Below, in pieces: positions 36,812 to 45,509 of a stretch of 64,000 nucleotides of DNA; positions within the stretch are counted from its first letter, which is position 1, and each line of letters opens with the position of its first letter. The notes under the pieces are model-generated. The model saw only the letters and a list, made by a program, of their open reading frames with translations, was not told where the DNA came from and did not search any database. Source of the DNA: an uncultured Actinomycetes bacterium (GTDB taxonomy: Bacteria; Actinomycetota; Actinomycetes; S36-B12); the NCBI GenBank assembly GCA_903960135.1, contig CAJBZP010000106.1:352-64351 (forward strand), written 5' to 3'. The translations under genes were made by a program, and so were the position numbers.

Positions 36812-36888
36812 GCCCTCGTAGTCCAACTGGCAGAGACACCCGGCTTAAACCCGGCACAGTATGGGTTCAAATCCCATCGAGGGCACCA
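36812..36888 (+). tRNA. tRNA with anticodon UAA (nominally Leu) but class-I architecture (5-nt variable loop); CCA encoded
   Basis: Hand-folded cloverleaf. Acceptor GCCCTCG/CGAGGGC. D stem GTC/GAC with 11-nt loop CAACTGGCAGA. Anticodon stem CCGG/CCGG (plus C.C at 27:43) with loop CTTAAAC. Variable loop ACAGT. T arm ATGGG-TTCAAAT-CCCAT. Discriminator A, then CCA. Confidence 0.8.
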
Positions 36889-36927
36889 ATGGTTTGCGAA
36901 TTGCGAACCTTGAGTTATCTTATAGGC

Positions 36928-37785
36928 ATGGATTCAAATAACCCGGTTTTATCAAAGTACTCCAAGCCCGCCGACAAGGGGGGCTACACCTTTACGGCCG
37001 ACCCGGCCCCTGGCGCGCAGTACGCAACTGGCGCCGTTGGTGCGGTAGGCGCCGTGGTGCCACCGATCGACACCAATGAGCAGTTCGCCAACCTGACCGC
37101 GGCTTCGGGCCTGCGCCTGACCATCACAGATGTGATCATGAAGACCCTGCTGGTGTTCGCGGTGGTCGTGGTGTTCGCGGTGGTCGGCTGGAATCTGACC
37201 TACGCCTTCCCGATAATTATGCTGCCGGCGCTCATCATCGCCACCATTTTGGGCTTCGTGATTGCTTTCCGGCAGAAAGTCTCACCAGCACTTGTCTTGG
37301 TCTTCTCGGTTTTTGAAGGCTTGATGCTCGGTGCTATCAGCAATTGGTATAACCAATTTGCCGAATCTTCCAACTACCAGGGCATCGTGGTGCAGGCGGT
37401 CCTTGCGACGATGACAACCTTCGGGGTGATGCTCGTCCTGTACTTGACCGGTGTCATTAAGGTCAACAAGAAGTTCGTGAGTGTTCTCATCGCGGCCGCG
37501 GTCACCTACATGGTGATCGGGTTGGCCTCCTTCGTCGCTGCACTATTTGGTGTCGGTGGGGGCTGGGGCTTCTACGGTATCGACGGCATCGGGTTGATCA
37601 TCTGTGTTGCCGGTGTGCTCATCGCTGCGTTCTTCTTGATGCTCGACTTTGAAGCCATCAAGCAGGGGATCGAGGGTGGGGCACCGGAGCGCGAGTCTTG
37701 GCGCATGGCATTTGGCCTGCTCGTCACCTTGGTCTGGATCTACCTTGAGTTCTTGCGCCTCATTGCAATCTTTTCGCGCAACTAA
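36928..37785 (+). CDS. Bax inhibitor-1/YccA family membrane protein
   Basis: Typical N-terminus MDSNNPVLSKY, 7 TM segments, and a C-terminal charged motif. The longer ORF-track version (from 36652) would run across the tRNA. Confidence 0.8.
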   Translation: MDSNNPVLSKYSKPADKGGYTFTADPAPGAQYATGAVGAVGAVVPPIDTNEQFANLTAASGLRLTITDVIMKTLLVFAVVVVFAVVGWNLTYAFPIIMLPALIIATILGFVIAFRQKVSPALVLVFSVFEGLMLGAISNWYNQFAESSNYQGIVVQAVLATMTTFGVMLVLYLTGVIKVNKKFVSVLIAAAVTYMVIGLASFVAALFGVGGGWGFYGIDGIGLIICVAGVLIAAFFLMLDFEAIKQGIEGGAPERESWRMAFGLLVTLVWIYLEFLRLIAIFSRN

Positions 37786-37857
37786 TCCGGGCTCCCGATC
37801 TAGTACGGTGTTGGTGCTGGGGTCGGAACGGCCCAGTTAGCAGTTGGGTGTTGTTAG

Positions 37858-38490
37858 ATGGGCGCAACGGGGGAGTTATTCCTCAGCACCTTCATCATCG
37901 GCTTGGTAGTTGCCGCACCGGTCGGTGCGATGGCGATCCTATGCATTCAACGGGTGCTAGCTCATGGGCTGCGGGCTGGGGTAGCTACCGGCGCTGGAAT
38001 TGCAACGGCGGACGCCCTCTTTGCTGCCGTTGCCGCGTTCGGGGTTACCGCTGTTGCCGACTGGTTAGTCACCTTTCAAGCTGGGTTCCGCATCATTGGT
38101 GGTACCGCGCTCATTTGGTTCGGCTTGCGCGCGATGCGGACGAAACCAAGTACTAGTGACACCATTGAAGTTGACACCGCCAGGCTAGCCAAGCAATACA
38201 GCACGGCGGTGGGTCTGACACTCACAAACCCAATGACGATCATGGCTTTCGCTGCTGTCTTTGCGAGTGCGGGTTTGGCTACGCAGGCAAGTGTTGCGGG
38301 TGCGGTGGTAGTCACCCTTGGTGTTGCCACGGGATCACTTATTTGGTGGCTGGCACTCTCGACGGGGGTATGGACCCTTCGTCATATGGTCAGTGACAAG
38401 GCGGTGATCATCGTCAATCGAGTCTCAGGTGGAGTACTTGCCGCCTTGGGGGTGGTGGCGATAGTCGCTGGCGTGCGGGCCTTCGGTTAA
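37858..38490 (+). CDS. LysE/RhtB family amino-acid exporter
   Basis: 210 aa with 6 TM segments. N-terminal FLSTFIIGLVVAAPVGAMAILCIQRVL and the LTNPMTIMAF motif. Confidence 0.85.
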   Translation: MGATGELFLSTFIIGLVVAAPVGAMAILCIQRVLAHGLRAGVATGAGIATADALFAAVAAFGVTAVADWLVTFQAGFRIIGGTALIWFGLRAMRTKPSTSDTIEVDTARLAKQYSTAVGLTLTNPMTIMAFAAVFASAGLATQASVAGAVVVTLGVATGSLIWWLALSTGVWTLRHMVSDKAVIIVNRVSGGVLAALGVVAIVAGVRAFG

Positions 38491-38508
38491 TTCAGGGCGC
38501 ACCTTGTC

Positions 38509-38544
38509 GTCAAGGAAGGTTGCCGTCAAGGAAGGTTGCCGTCA
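38509..38544. repeat. perfect 16-bp tandem duplication (x2 plus 4-nt partial) abutting a stop codon
   Basis: GTCAAGGAAGGTTGCC at 38509 and 38525, then GTCA at 38541. The last TCA (38542-38544) is the complement of the TGA stop of the minus-strand ORF. Confidence 0.9.
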
Positions 38545-38823
38545 TGGCAGGGCTAGACGCAATTCGCGAAGCAGGGCGCTGCCCGCGCGGCAGGGCTGGC
38601 CAGAGTCCAGCAGCTCCTTGCCAAGGACCGCGCACTGCGATCCAAGGGCCCGATCGGCGATAACCGGAACCGGTGTGAGTTGCCCCGCCATCCTTGCGAG
38701 CTCGTCGAGCACCGGGCGCGTCAAGATTGCGGCACTAGGCAATTTGGTCATCGGCATGGTGCGAAGTCGGTCAACTACTCGATCCAATTCGGTTGCGAAA
38801 GCCTCAACATCTGGATCCATCAC
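38542..38823 (-). CDS. hypothetical protein (93 aa), translationally coupled to the upstream MBL hydrolase
   Basis: 4-nt start/stop overlap with the MBL gene and coding-like composition. No motif recognised. Confidence 0.45.
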   Translation of the reverse strand: MMDPDVEAFATELDRVVDRLRTMPMTKLPSAAILTRPVLDELARMAGQLTPVPVIADRALGSQCAVLGKELLDSGQPCRAGSALLRELRLALP

Positions 38824-39539
38824 GGGCGAGCGCCGCGTCTAGTCAAAAATGTGCGGATGCGTTCACGGGCCTTATTGCGGATCTCGGGCCCATGGGTAAA
38901 GGCCGCGATCTCGAAGTCAAGATCACCTAAGAGTGCGGCGGTCGATTTACTCTGCTCGTATGAGGTGCAAAAGGCGGAAAGCGCCCAAGTCATGCGCGAG
39001 CCGATATTGAAGATCGAGTCACCGGTAATGAGCACGCCCGTAGATTCGTGGAGGAGTGAGATATGCCCTGGCGTGTGGCCGGGGGTATGGATGACCCGCA
39101 GGCCGCCGGCGACATCAATCATCTGGCCATCGGTGAGAACTTCAGCCACCGCAAAATGCGCATAGTGCCGATCTGGCAGCCGAGCGAAGATGCGCCCTGA
39201 GGTTGTTGATCGATCTCGAGGTGGCAGGGCGCCGGCCCGCACAAATGCGGCGTCCGCTTCGTGTATTGCAGCGCCGTTGATACCGGCGGCGGTGATCATT
39301 TCGGCCGCCCCGCCGAGGTGATCATCATGGGCGTGGGTGAGCACGATGCGCCCGACATCATGGGGGTGCTTGCCGATTTTCGCAAGGCCGCGAACTATCG
39401 CACTTGGAGCCTTTTTGAGCCCGCAATCGACGAGGGTTATCGAGCCATCTGGCTCGGCAAACACGAAACTATTGATGAAATTGCCCAGGGTGCCAATTCG
39501 ATAGACGCCGGGAGCCAAGGCGACAATGGGGTCGGACAC
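38820..39539 (-). CDS. MBL-fold metallo-hydrolase
   Basis: HxHxDH motif LTHAHDDHLGG, later HTPGHTPGH and a C-terminal FTHG. Confidence 0.85.
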   Translation of the reverse strand: MSDPIVALAPGVYRIGTLGNFINSFVFAEPDGSITLVDCGLKKAPSAIVRGLAKIGKHPHDVGRIVLTHAHDDHLGGAAEMITAAGINGAAIHEADAAFVRAGALPPRDRSTTSGRIFARLPDRHYAHFAVAEVLTDGQMIDVAGGLRVIHTPGHTPGHISLLHESTGVLITGDSIFNIGSRMTWALSAFCTSYEQSKSTAALLGDLDFEIAAFTHGPEIRNKARERIRTFLTRRGARP

Positions 39540-39571
39540 GGCACAAGTTTATGACCTTCTAGGGTCTAGTC

Positions 39572-40942
39572 ATGGATTACGCGGAGTCGGTAGTAGACCT
39601 CATTGGAAACACGCCGCTGGTGCGGCTGCGCTCGGTTACCGGCGGGGTGCCGGAGGGTGTTCTGGTACTCGCCAAGGTCGAGTACTTGAATCCCGGTGGT
39701 TCGGTCAAGGATCGCATTGCGGTGCGCATGATCGATGCGGCTGAACGCGATGGCACCTTGCAACCTGGGGGCGTAATTGTCGAACCGACGAGCGGCAACA
39801 CTGGGGTGGGCCTAGCCATCGTCGCCCAGCAGCGCGGCTACACCTGTATTTTCGTCTGCCCAGACAAAGTCAGCGAAGATAAGCGCAATGTGCTGAAGGC
39901 CTACGGTGCCGAAGTTGTGGTCTGCCCTACAGCGGTTGACCCTGACGACCCTCGCTCCTACTACTCGGTTAGCGATCGACTTGCCCGCGAAGTGCCCGGC
40001 GCCTGGAAGCCAGATCAATACTCAAACGCCAATAACCCGCTCTCACATTTTGAGACAACCGGCCCTGAACTTTGGGCGCAGACCGAAGGGCGCATCACGC
40101 ACTTCATCGCCGGGGTTGGCACCGGTGGCACTATCTCGGGCACCGGCAACTATTTGAAGCAGGCAAGTGGTGGCGCCGTGCGCGTGATCGGCGCTGACCC
40201 AGTCGGGTCGGTCTACTCAGGTGGTACCGGCCGGCCATACCTAGTTGAAGGTGTCGGCGAGGACTTCTGGCCGACCGCATATGACCCGAATGTCTGCGAC
40301 GAGATCATCGCGGTTTCGGATAAGGACTCCTTCGAGATGACGCGCCGAATGGCGCGCGAGGAAGGCTTGCTGGTTGGTGGTTCCTGCGGCATGGCGGTGG
40401 TTGCTGCCCTGGATGTAGCGAAGAGGGCGAATCCCGGCGACGTTGTTGTCGTGTTGCTACCCGACAGTGGGCGCGGTTATTTGTCCAAGGTATTCAATGA
40501 TGACTGGATGAGCGCTTACGGCTTCCTGCAGGCCGATACCGACCGGACAGTTGGTGATGTGTTGCTCGGCAAATCCGGGGCGCTACCCCCGTTCGTGCAC
40601 ACCCATCCCACCGAGACTGTGCGCGACGCAATTGACATTTTGCGCGAGTTCGGCGTCTCGCAGATGCCCGTTGTGCGCGCTGAGCCACCCGTCATGACGG
40701 CCGAAGTAGTCGGAGCAGTTGTTGAACGCGACCTACTCGATTCATTGTTTAGCGGCAAGGCTCAACTTGCTGATCCGGTGGCAATGCACATGTCGGCGGC
40801 GCTCCCGATGATCGGGGCGGGCGAGGCGATCCAGGTGGCGGTCCAGGCCCTTGAGGCGGCGGATGCGGCGGTTGTGGTCGACGATGGCAAGCCCACGGGT
40901 GTGATTACTCGTCAGGATGTCTTGGCCTACCTAGCCAAGTAA
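39572..40942 (+). CDS. cbs: cystathionine beta-synthase (PLP domain + tandem CBS domains)
   Basis: PLP-Lys region LNPGGSVKDR, then EPTSGNTG and GTGGTISG. The C-terminal ~130 aa is a CBS pair. Confidence 0.9.
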   Translation: MDYAESVVDLIGNTPLVRLRSVTGGVPEGVLVLAKVEYLNPGGSVKDRIAVRMIDAAERDGTLQPGGVIVEPTSGNTGVGLAIVAQQRGYTCIFVCPDKVSEDKRNVLKAYGAEVVVCPTAVDPDDPRSYYSVSDRLAREVPGAWKPDQYSNANNPLSHFETTGPELWAQTEGRITHFIAGVGTGGTISGTGNYLKQASGGAVRVIGADPVGSVYSGGTGRPYLVEGVGEDFWPTAYDPNVCDEIIAVSDKDSFEMTRRMAREEGLLVGGSCGMAVVAALDVAKRANPGDVVVVLLPDSGRGYLSKVFNDDWMSAYGFLQADTDRTVGDVLLGKSGALPPFVHTHPTETVRDAIDILREFGVSQMPVVRAEPPVMTAEVVGAVVERDLLDSLFSGKAQLADPVAMHMSAALPMIGAGEAIQVAVQALEAADAAVVVDDGKPTGVITRQDVLAYLAK

Positions 40943-41068
40943 TTGAGGCTTGGGCTCCACCCGGAACACAAATGTCACGGCGGCGGGTGACAGCAGGTAC
41001 GGACCTATCACCGCACGAACCTTGCCGCCTGACGCCGCGAACCCGTGCCAGCCGCCGCGAACGATCAA

Positions 41069-41162
41069 CCGCAGGGGCTTCAACCTGCTCGAACCGTCAC
41101 CGCAGGGGCTTCAACCTGCTCGAACCGTCACTTTGAGGCCAATATTTGACGGTTTCAGCAGG
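41069..41162. repeat. perfect 31-bp tandem duplication plus an inverted partial copy forming a 16-bp hairpin, in a 296-bp convergent intergenic region
   Basis: CCGCAGGGGCTTCAACCTGCTCGAACCGTCA at 41069-41099 and 41100-41130. CCTGCTCGAACCGTCA (41115-41130) pairs with TGACGGTTTCAGCAGG (41147-41162) at 15 of 16 positions including one G.U, with a 16-nt loop. Confidence 0.9.
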
Positions 41163-41238
41163 TCAAAGGATCGGGCACGTGATGCGTCACCATGCAACGG
41201 CACCTACAACGCGACCGACTCCACGGATTTTATCCGAG

Positions 41239-41892
41239 CTAACTAATTGCCGGCAGGGCTAAACCCGTGTTGGCGTGGCAGCGGTACCCGTTCGGAACCT
41301 TATACAGGTACTGCTGGTGGTAGTCCTCCGCCAAGAAATAGATCTGCTCTGAAGCGGGGCCAATTTGCGTTGTTATCGCCGGGTACCCGCGATCTGAAAT
41401 TACTTTGGCGTACGCGTCACGGGTGCGCTCGATTAAGTCGCGCTGCTCGTCATTCGTATAGAAAATAGCGCTGCGGTACTGCGTACCAACGTCATTGCCT
41501 TGCTGGTAGCCCTGCGTGGGGTCGTGGTTCTCCCAGAAAACTTTCAGGAGCTCGTAGGTGCTCAACACGGCTGGGTCATAGGTGACCGAGATGGCCTCGG
41601 TGTGACCGGTGCGCCCGGTGCAGACTTCTTCATAAGTCGGGTTAGGTGAGATGCCACCCAGATATCCAGCGCTGGTGGATAGCACCCCGGGAAGGCGCCA
41701 ATAGATTTCTTCGGCCCCCCAAAAGCAGCCCATAGCCAAGTAGATGCGCTCGGTACCTGCGGCCCATGGGCCAGTGAGTGAAGTCCCGAGAACCGCATGG
41801 GTATCGGTAACGGTGAATACGGGTTCACGGTGGCCGGGTAGTGCATCTGCTGGGTCGACCATTTGGGACTTACTGGATCCAAAAATACTCAT
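41239..41892 (-). CDS. msrA: peptide-methionine (S)-S-oxide reductase
   Basis: Active-site GCFWG, TGHTEAI, YHQQYL. The start is taken at the internal ATG; an alternative Met lies 10 codons downstream. Confidence 0.9.
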   Translation of the reverse strand: MSIFGSSKSQMVDPADALPGHREPVFTVTDTHAVLGTSLTGPWAAGTERIYLAMGCFWGAEEIYWRLPGVLSTSAGYLGGISPNPTYEEVCTGRTGHTEAISVTYDPAVLSTYELLKVFWENHDPTQGYQQGNDVGTQYRSAIFYTNDEQRDLIERTRDAYAKVISDRGYPAITTQIGPASEQIYFLAEDYHQQYLYKVPNGYRCHANTGLALPAIS

Positions 41893-41910
41893 ACGCGTAG
41901 GGTACGAGGT

Positions 41911-43089
41911 ATGAGCAATATGGGCGCGGGCAATGTCGCTTCTGGCGGATTTGAGACTAGGGCGATCCACGCGGGGCAGGAGCCTGACGCCCTAACCGGA
42001 GCAGTGGTCACCCCGATTTATCAGGTGTCTACCTACGCTCAAGACGGGGTGGGTGGCTTACGTGGCGGATACGAGTATTCGCGCAGCGGTAATCCAACGC
42101 GAACTGCACTTGAGGAGTGTCTGGCCGCCTTGGAGGCACCGGGGATCGAAAGTGCTCGGGGTTTGGCATTTGCATCCGGCCTGGCCGCCGAAGACACCAT
42201 AATTCGCACGCTGGCTCGTCCCGGTAGCCATGCTGTTATCCCTGACGACGCGTACGGCGGCACGTACCGGCTCTTTGCTCGGGTGGCCGGCCCGTGGGGG
42301 GTTGAGCACACGCCGGCTTCCGTAACTGATCCAGCAGCGCTCGCTGCCGCGATCATCCCTGGCAAGACGGTTCTCGTGTGGGTCGAAACTCCGACAAACC
42401 CACTACTTAATGTGGCGGACATCGAGGCCTTGGCGAACGTCACGCATGATGCCGGCGCATTGCTCGTGGTCGATAACACTTTTGCGTCACCGTATCTGCA
42501 ACAGCCGCTACTTCTCGGTGCCGACATCGTGGTGCATAGCACCACCAAGTATCTCGGTGGCCACAGCGATGTAATAGGCGGAGGTTTAGTAGCGACCGAT
42601 CCAGGGTTGATTGAAAAGCTGCGCTACCACCAAAATGCGATGGGTTCGGTGCCAGGACCATTCGATAGCTGGTTGGTGCTGCGTGGCATCAAGACCCTGG
42701 GCGTTCGAATGGATCGGCACTGCGCAAATGCCCGTGCGGTAGTTGAACTACTGATATCGCATCCGAAGGTGATCGATGTGATGTGGCCAGGGTTGCCAAA
42801 CCATCCTGGTCACGATGTTGCGGTACGGCAGATGCGTGATTTCGGTGGCATGGTCTCGTTCCGGGTTGCCGGTGGCGAGGCTGCGGCACTAGCGGTTTGC
42901 GCCAACACCAAAATCTTCACCCTGGGTGAGTCACTGGGTGGCGTTGAGTCGCTGATCGAGCACCCGGGCCGCATGACCCATGCATCTGCTGCGGGAACTC
43001 CACTTGAAGTACCTGCTGACCTGATCAGGTTGTCGGTCGGGATCGAGTCAATTGCGGACTTGCTAGCTGACTTGGATCAAGCCCTCTAG
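41911..43089 (+). CDS. metB: cystathionine gamma-synthase/gamma-lyase (Cys/Met-metabolism PLP enzyme)
   Basis: TRAIHAGQ, YSRSGNPT, PLP-Lys region HSTTKYLGGHSD. The start is taken at the ATG at 41911. Confidence 0.88.
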   Translation: MSNMGAGNVASGGFETRAIHAGQEPDALTGAVVTPIYQVSTYAQDGVGGLRGGYEYSRSGNPTRTALEECLAALEAPGIESARGLAFASGLAAEDTIIRTLARPGSHAVIPDDAYGGTYRLFARVAGPWGVEHTPASVTDPAALAAAIIPGKTVLVWVETPTNPLLNVADIEALANVTHDAGALLVVDNTFASPYLQQPLLLGADIVVHSTTKYLGGHSDVIGGGLVATDPGLIEKLRYHQNAMGSVPGPFDSWLVLRGIKTLGVRMDRHCANARAVVELLISHPKVIDVMWPGLPNHPGHDVAVRQMRDFGGMVSFRVAGGEAAALAVCANTKIFTLGESLGGVESLIEHPGRMTHASAAGTPLEVPADLIRLSVGIESIADLLADLDQAL

Positions 43090-43104
43090 CTATTCGGGTG
43101 TCAA

Positions 43105-44379
43105 CTACCGGGCGGCAGTTGCTTGACGATTCAAAGTCTCAGGCATGAGCCAGACGAAGATCACGGCGATTAGGCTCATGCCGGCGGCTGCGGCGAAAGC
43201 CCAGTCGAAATCAAAGAGGTCAACGAGTAGTCCGGCTACCAGCGGGCCGATGATGATGCCGACATCAGACATCATCTGGAAGGTGGCAACGACAATGCCA
43301 CCGCGCTTGCCGCCCACAATGTCACCGACGACGGCGGCGGGCGCGGACCCTAAGAAGGCCGACGCCGCACCTTGAATTGCCATCGCGACCAAGAACAGGG
43401 CGGTACCGGCCACCGCCGTAGTTCCCCAGCCGTTGACCGTCACATCGGCCGCCGTTAGTACCAACATGCCGATGGTGGTGCCGATGGTGCCGTAGAGCAG
43501 GGCCTTGCGGCGGCCGGTGGTGTCAGAAACGCGGCCGGCCGGTAGTAGTAGCACGGCCTGTACCCCTGCGGCAACTAAGAACCCAATGCCGGTGAGAGAG
43601 GCACCCTTTTGTAATCCTTCGGTGACGAAAAGTGGCACCACCGAAGAGCGCAGGCCAAGAACCAAGAATCCGGTGATCAGATTGACCGCGAGTACTGCCC
43701 GGTACGCGCCATCTTGCAATGCGACGCGCAATGTCTCAAGTTTCCCCGCCTCACCGTGCGAAACGATTTCCTCGCGTTCATGTAGCCGCGACTTCGCCAA
43801 GAAGATGAGTGCGACGAGGCCAGCGGCGATCAAGGTTGCGGCATAAACAAAGAAGGGTGCTCGAATCGACCAGGCAACGACCAAGCCACCAACCGCTGGT
43901 CCGGCTACTCCGCCAAGCAGAAAGCCGCCTTGATAGGCACTTGATGCGCGGCCGCGCTGCGCGTTGTCGACAACTCGCAACAGCAGGGCAAGGGCAGAGA
44001 CTGTGAACATGGATGAGCCCAGTCCGCCAATACCGCGCAGGACGATCAACTGCTGATAATTCTGTGAAAATCCGGCAGCCAGACTTGAACCCGCAACTAT
44101 GAAAAGCCCGGTGCCCAGCACGAGTCGTTCACCCAATTTGTCCACCAAGGTGCCGGCAATTGGTGCTGTCACGAACCTGGCGAGCGCAAACACCGAGATC
44201 ACCGCACTGGCCTCGAATGCGGAGACACCAAAGGTCCTGGCGAAAACGGGTAAAGCCGGCAGCAAGATCCCAAAGCCAAGGGCAACACAAAATGCGACCG
44301 CAGACAGTACTGCGACTTCGCGGGGGAGTCCTTTAAGCAGTGGGGTGCGACGGACGGCGCCGGTGAACCGGTTACTCAC
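43105..44379 (-). CDS. MFS transporter
   Basis: 424 aa with 12 TM segments and an MFS loop motif GTLVDKLGERL. GTGA overlap with the upstream oxidoreductase gene. Confidence 0.85.
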   Translation of the reverse strand: MSNRFTGAVRRTPLLKGLPREVAVLSAVAFCVALGFGILLPALPVFARTFGVSAFEASAVISVFALARFVTAPIAGTLVDKLGERLVLGTGLFIVAGSSLAAGFSQNYQQLIVLRGIGGLGSSMFTVSALALLLRVVDNAQRGRASSAYQGGFLLGGVAGPAVGGLVVAWSIRAPFFVYAATLIAAGLVALIFLAKSRLHEREEIVSHGEAGKLETLRVALQDGAYRAVLAVNLITGFLVLGLRSSVVPLFVTEGLQKGASLTGIGFLVAAGVQAVLLLPAGRVSDTTGRRKALLYGTIGTTIGMLVLTAADVTVNGWGTTAVAGTALFLVAMAIQGAASAFLGSAPAAVVGDIVGGKRGGIVVATFQMMSDVGIIIGPLVAGLLVDLFDFDWAFAAAAGMSLIAVIFVWLMPETLNRQATAAR

Positions 44380-45509
44380 AGTGCGATGGCCGTGCGCGAC
44401 TGCGCTGACCGTAGTGCCGCATCGAATACTCGGTGCGCAGCCAAGGCCTCTTGCGGGGTGGCGGTACCGAATCGATCACCGAGGGCACCGGCGCGCTCGG
44501 CAAGATATGCGGCCCACATCTGGAGTAGGGCATCAGCGAACCCGAATTCGAAGATGCCAGCGGAGATAACGGGCCAGGCGGAGATATTGCCGGGTTGAAT
44601 CTCCTCCCAGATCTGCTTGCCCCCACGCAAGGCGAATTGTTGGTATGTCGCCGGCGTGCGGGTCGAAAAGCGCACGCCGGCGTCCATCCCGAGGGCTTCG
44701 AAATACCAAGTGTTCATCTGGCCGGGGGCGATGCGCCTGGTCTCCCACAGCATCGTGAAGTCCCGGCCCGCCCCACCGGGTGTCCGCATGGCAAGCAGCG
44801 CGTTATCCCAGGTATCGCAGTTCGCCGGACCATTAGGTGACGGGCGCTCGGTAACGATGTTGTCGAGCAGGGCGTAAACGTCACTTGGCACCCAGCCGAG
44901 GCGTAGTGGCACATGCGCTACGTGCATGCCGAGATCACCCATCACGCCAATCTCACCGCAGGTGGCCTGTTGGCGCTTCCAGTTGATCGCTTTGTTGCGA
45001 TCGAGGTCGGAGGAATGTGAAAAGCCACTGCGCACGTCAACTAACTCACCCAAGGCACCTGACTGTGCAATTTCAAAGCAGCGTTGGGCACCTGGATAGA
45101 AAGGCAACTCACTTGAAACTCGGACGAAAGCCGATGACCTCTCAATGGCTTCGACTATTGCGGCGGCGGCGGCGAGGTCGATCCCGAAGGGCTTTTCGCC
45201 CAGGAAGTCCTTTCCTGCAGCGGCAGCGGCTAGGTAAATCTCCTCGTGCAGATTATGCGGCACCGCAATGTAGAGAACATCAATATTTGGATCATCAATA
45301 AGATCATGCCAGTTCGACGTGAGCGTGGTCACGGTTGAAACCTGATTGAACCAATTGCGGGCACCCTCGTTTAGGTCGGCAACGGCTACGACCTCAGGCT
45401 TGACCGGATGATCTACCAAATGCAGCCAGCGCCCACACACGGCCGCCAACTCGCGACCCATCAGGCCACCGCCGATGATGCCGATGCGGACAGTTTCCAT
45501 TCCGGTCAC
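44376..45509 (-). CDS. Gfo/Idh/MocA family oxidoreductase
   Basis: N-terminal Rossmann VRIGIIGGGLMGRE and the EKP motif FLGEKPF. Confidence 0.85.
   Translation of the reverse strand: MTGMETVRIGIIGGGLMGRELAAVCGRWLHLVDHPVKPEVVAVADLNEGARNWFNQVSTVTTLTSNWHDLIDDPNIDVLYIAVPHNLHEEIYLAAAAAGKDFLGEKPFGIDLAAAAAIVEAIERSSAFVRVSSELPFYPGAQRCFEIAQSGALGELVDVRSGFSHSSDLDRNKAINWKRQQATCGEIGVMGDLGMHVAHVPLRLGWVPSDVYALLDNIVTERPSPNGPANCDTWDNALLAMRTPGGAGRDFTMLWETRRIAPGQMNTWYFEALGMDAGVRFSTRTPATYQQFALRGGKQIWEEIQPGNISAWPVISAGIFEFGFADALLQMWAAYLAERAGALGDRFGTATPQEALAAHRVFDAALRSAQSRTAIAL

Noticed and set aside
36652-36927. N-terminal 92-codon extension of the Bax-inhibitor ORF (ORF-track start 36652).
   Set aside because: The extension overlaps the end of the dienelactone hydrolase gene and runs straight through the tRNA. 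The internal ATG at 36928 gives the family-typical MDSNNPV N-terminus.
40950-41246. 98-aa ORF filling the cbs-msrA gap.
   Set aside because: The translation is built from the tandem DNA repeats. It is Arg/Pro/Thr/Asn-rich, has no RBS and starts with a weak TTG-type start. I treat the region as non-coding (see the finding).
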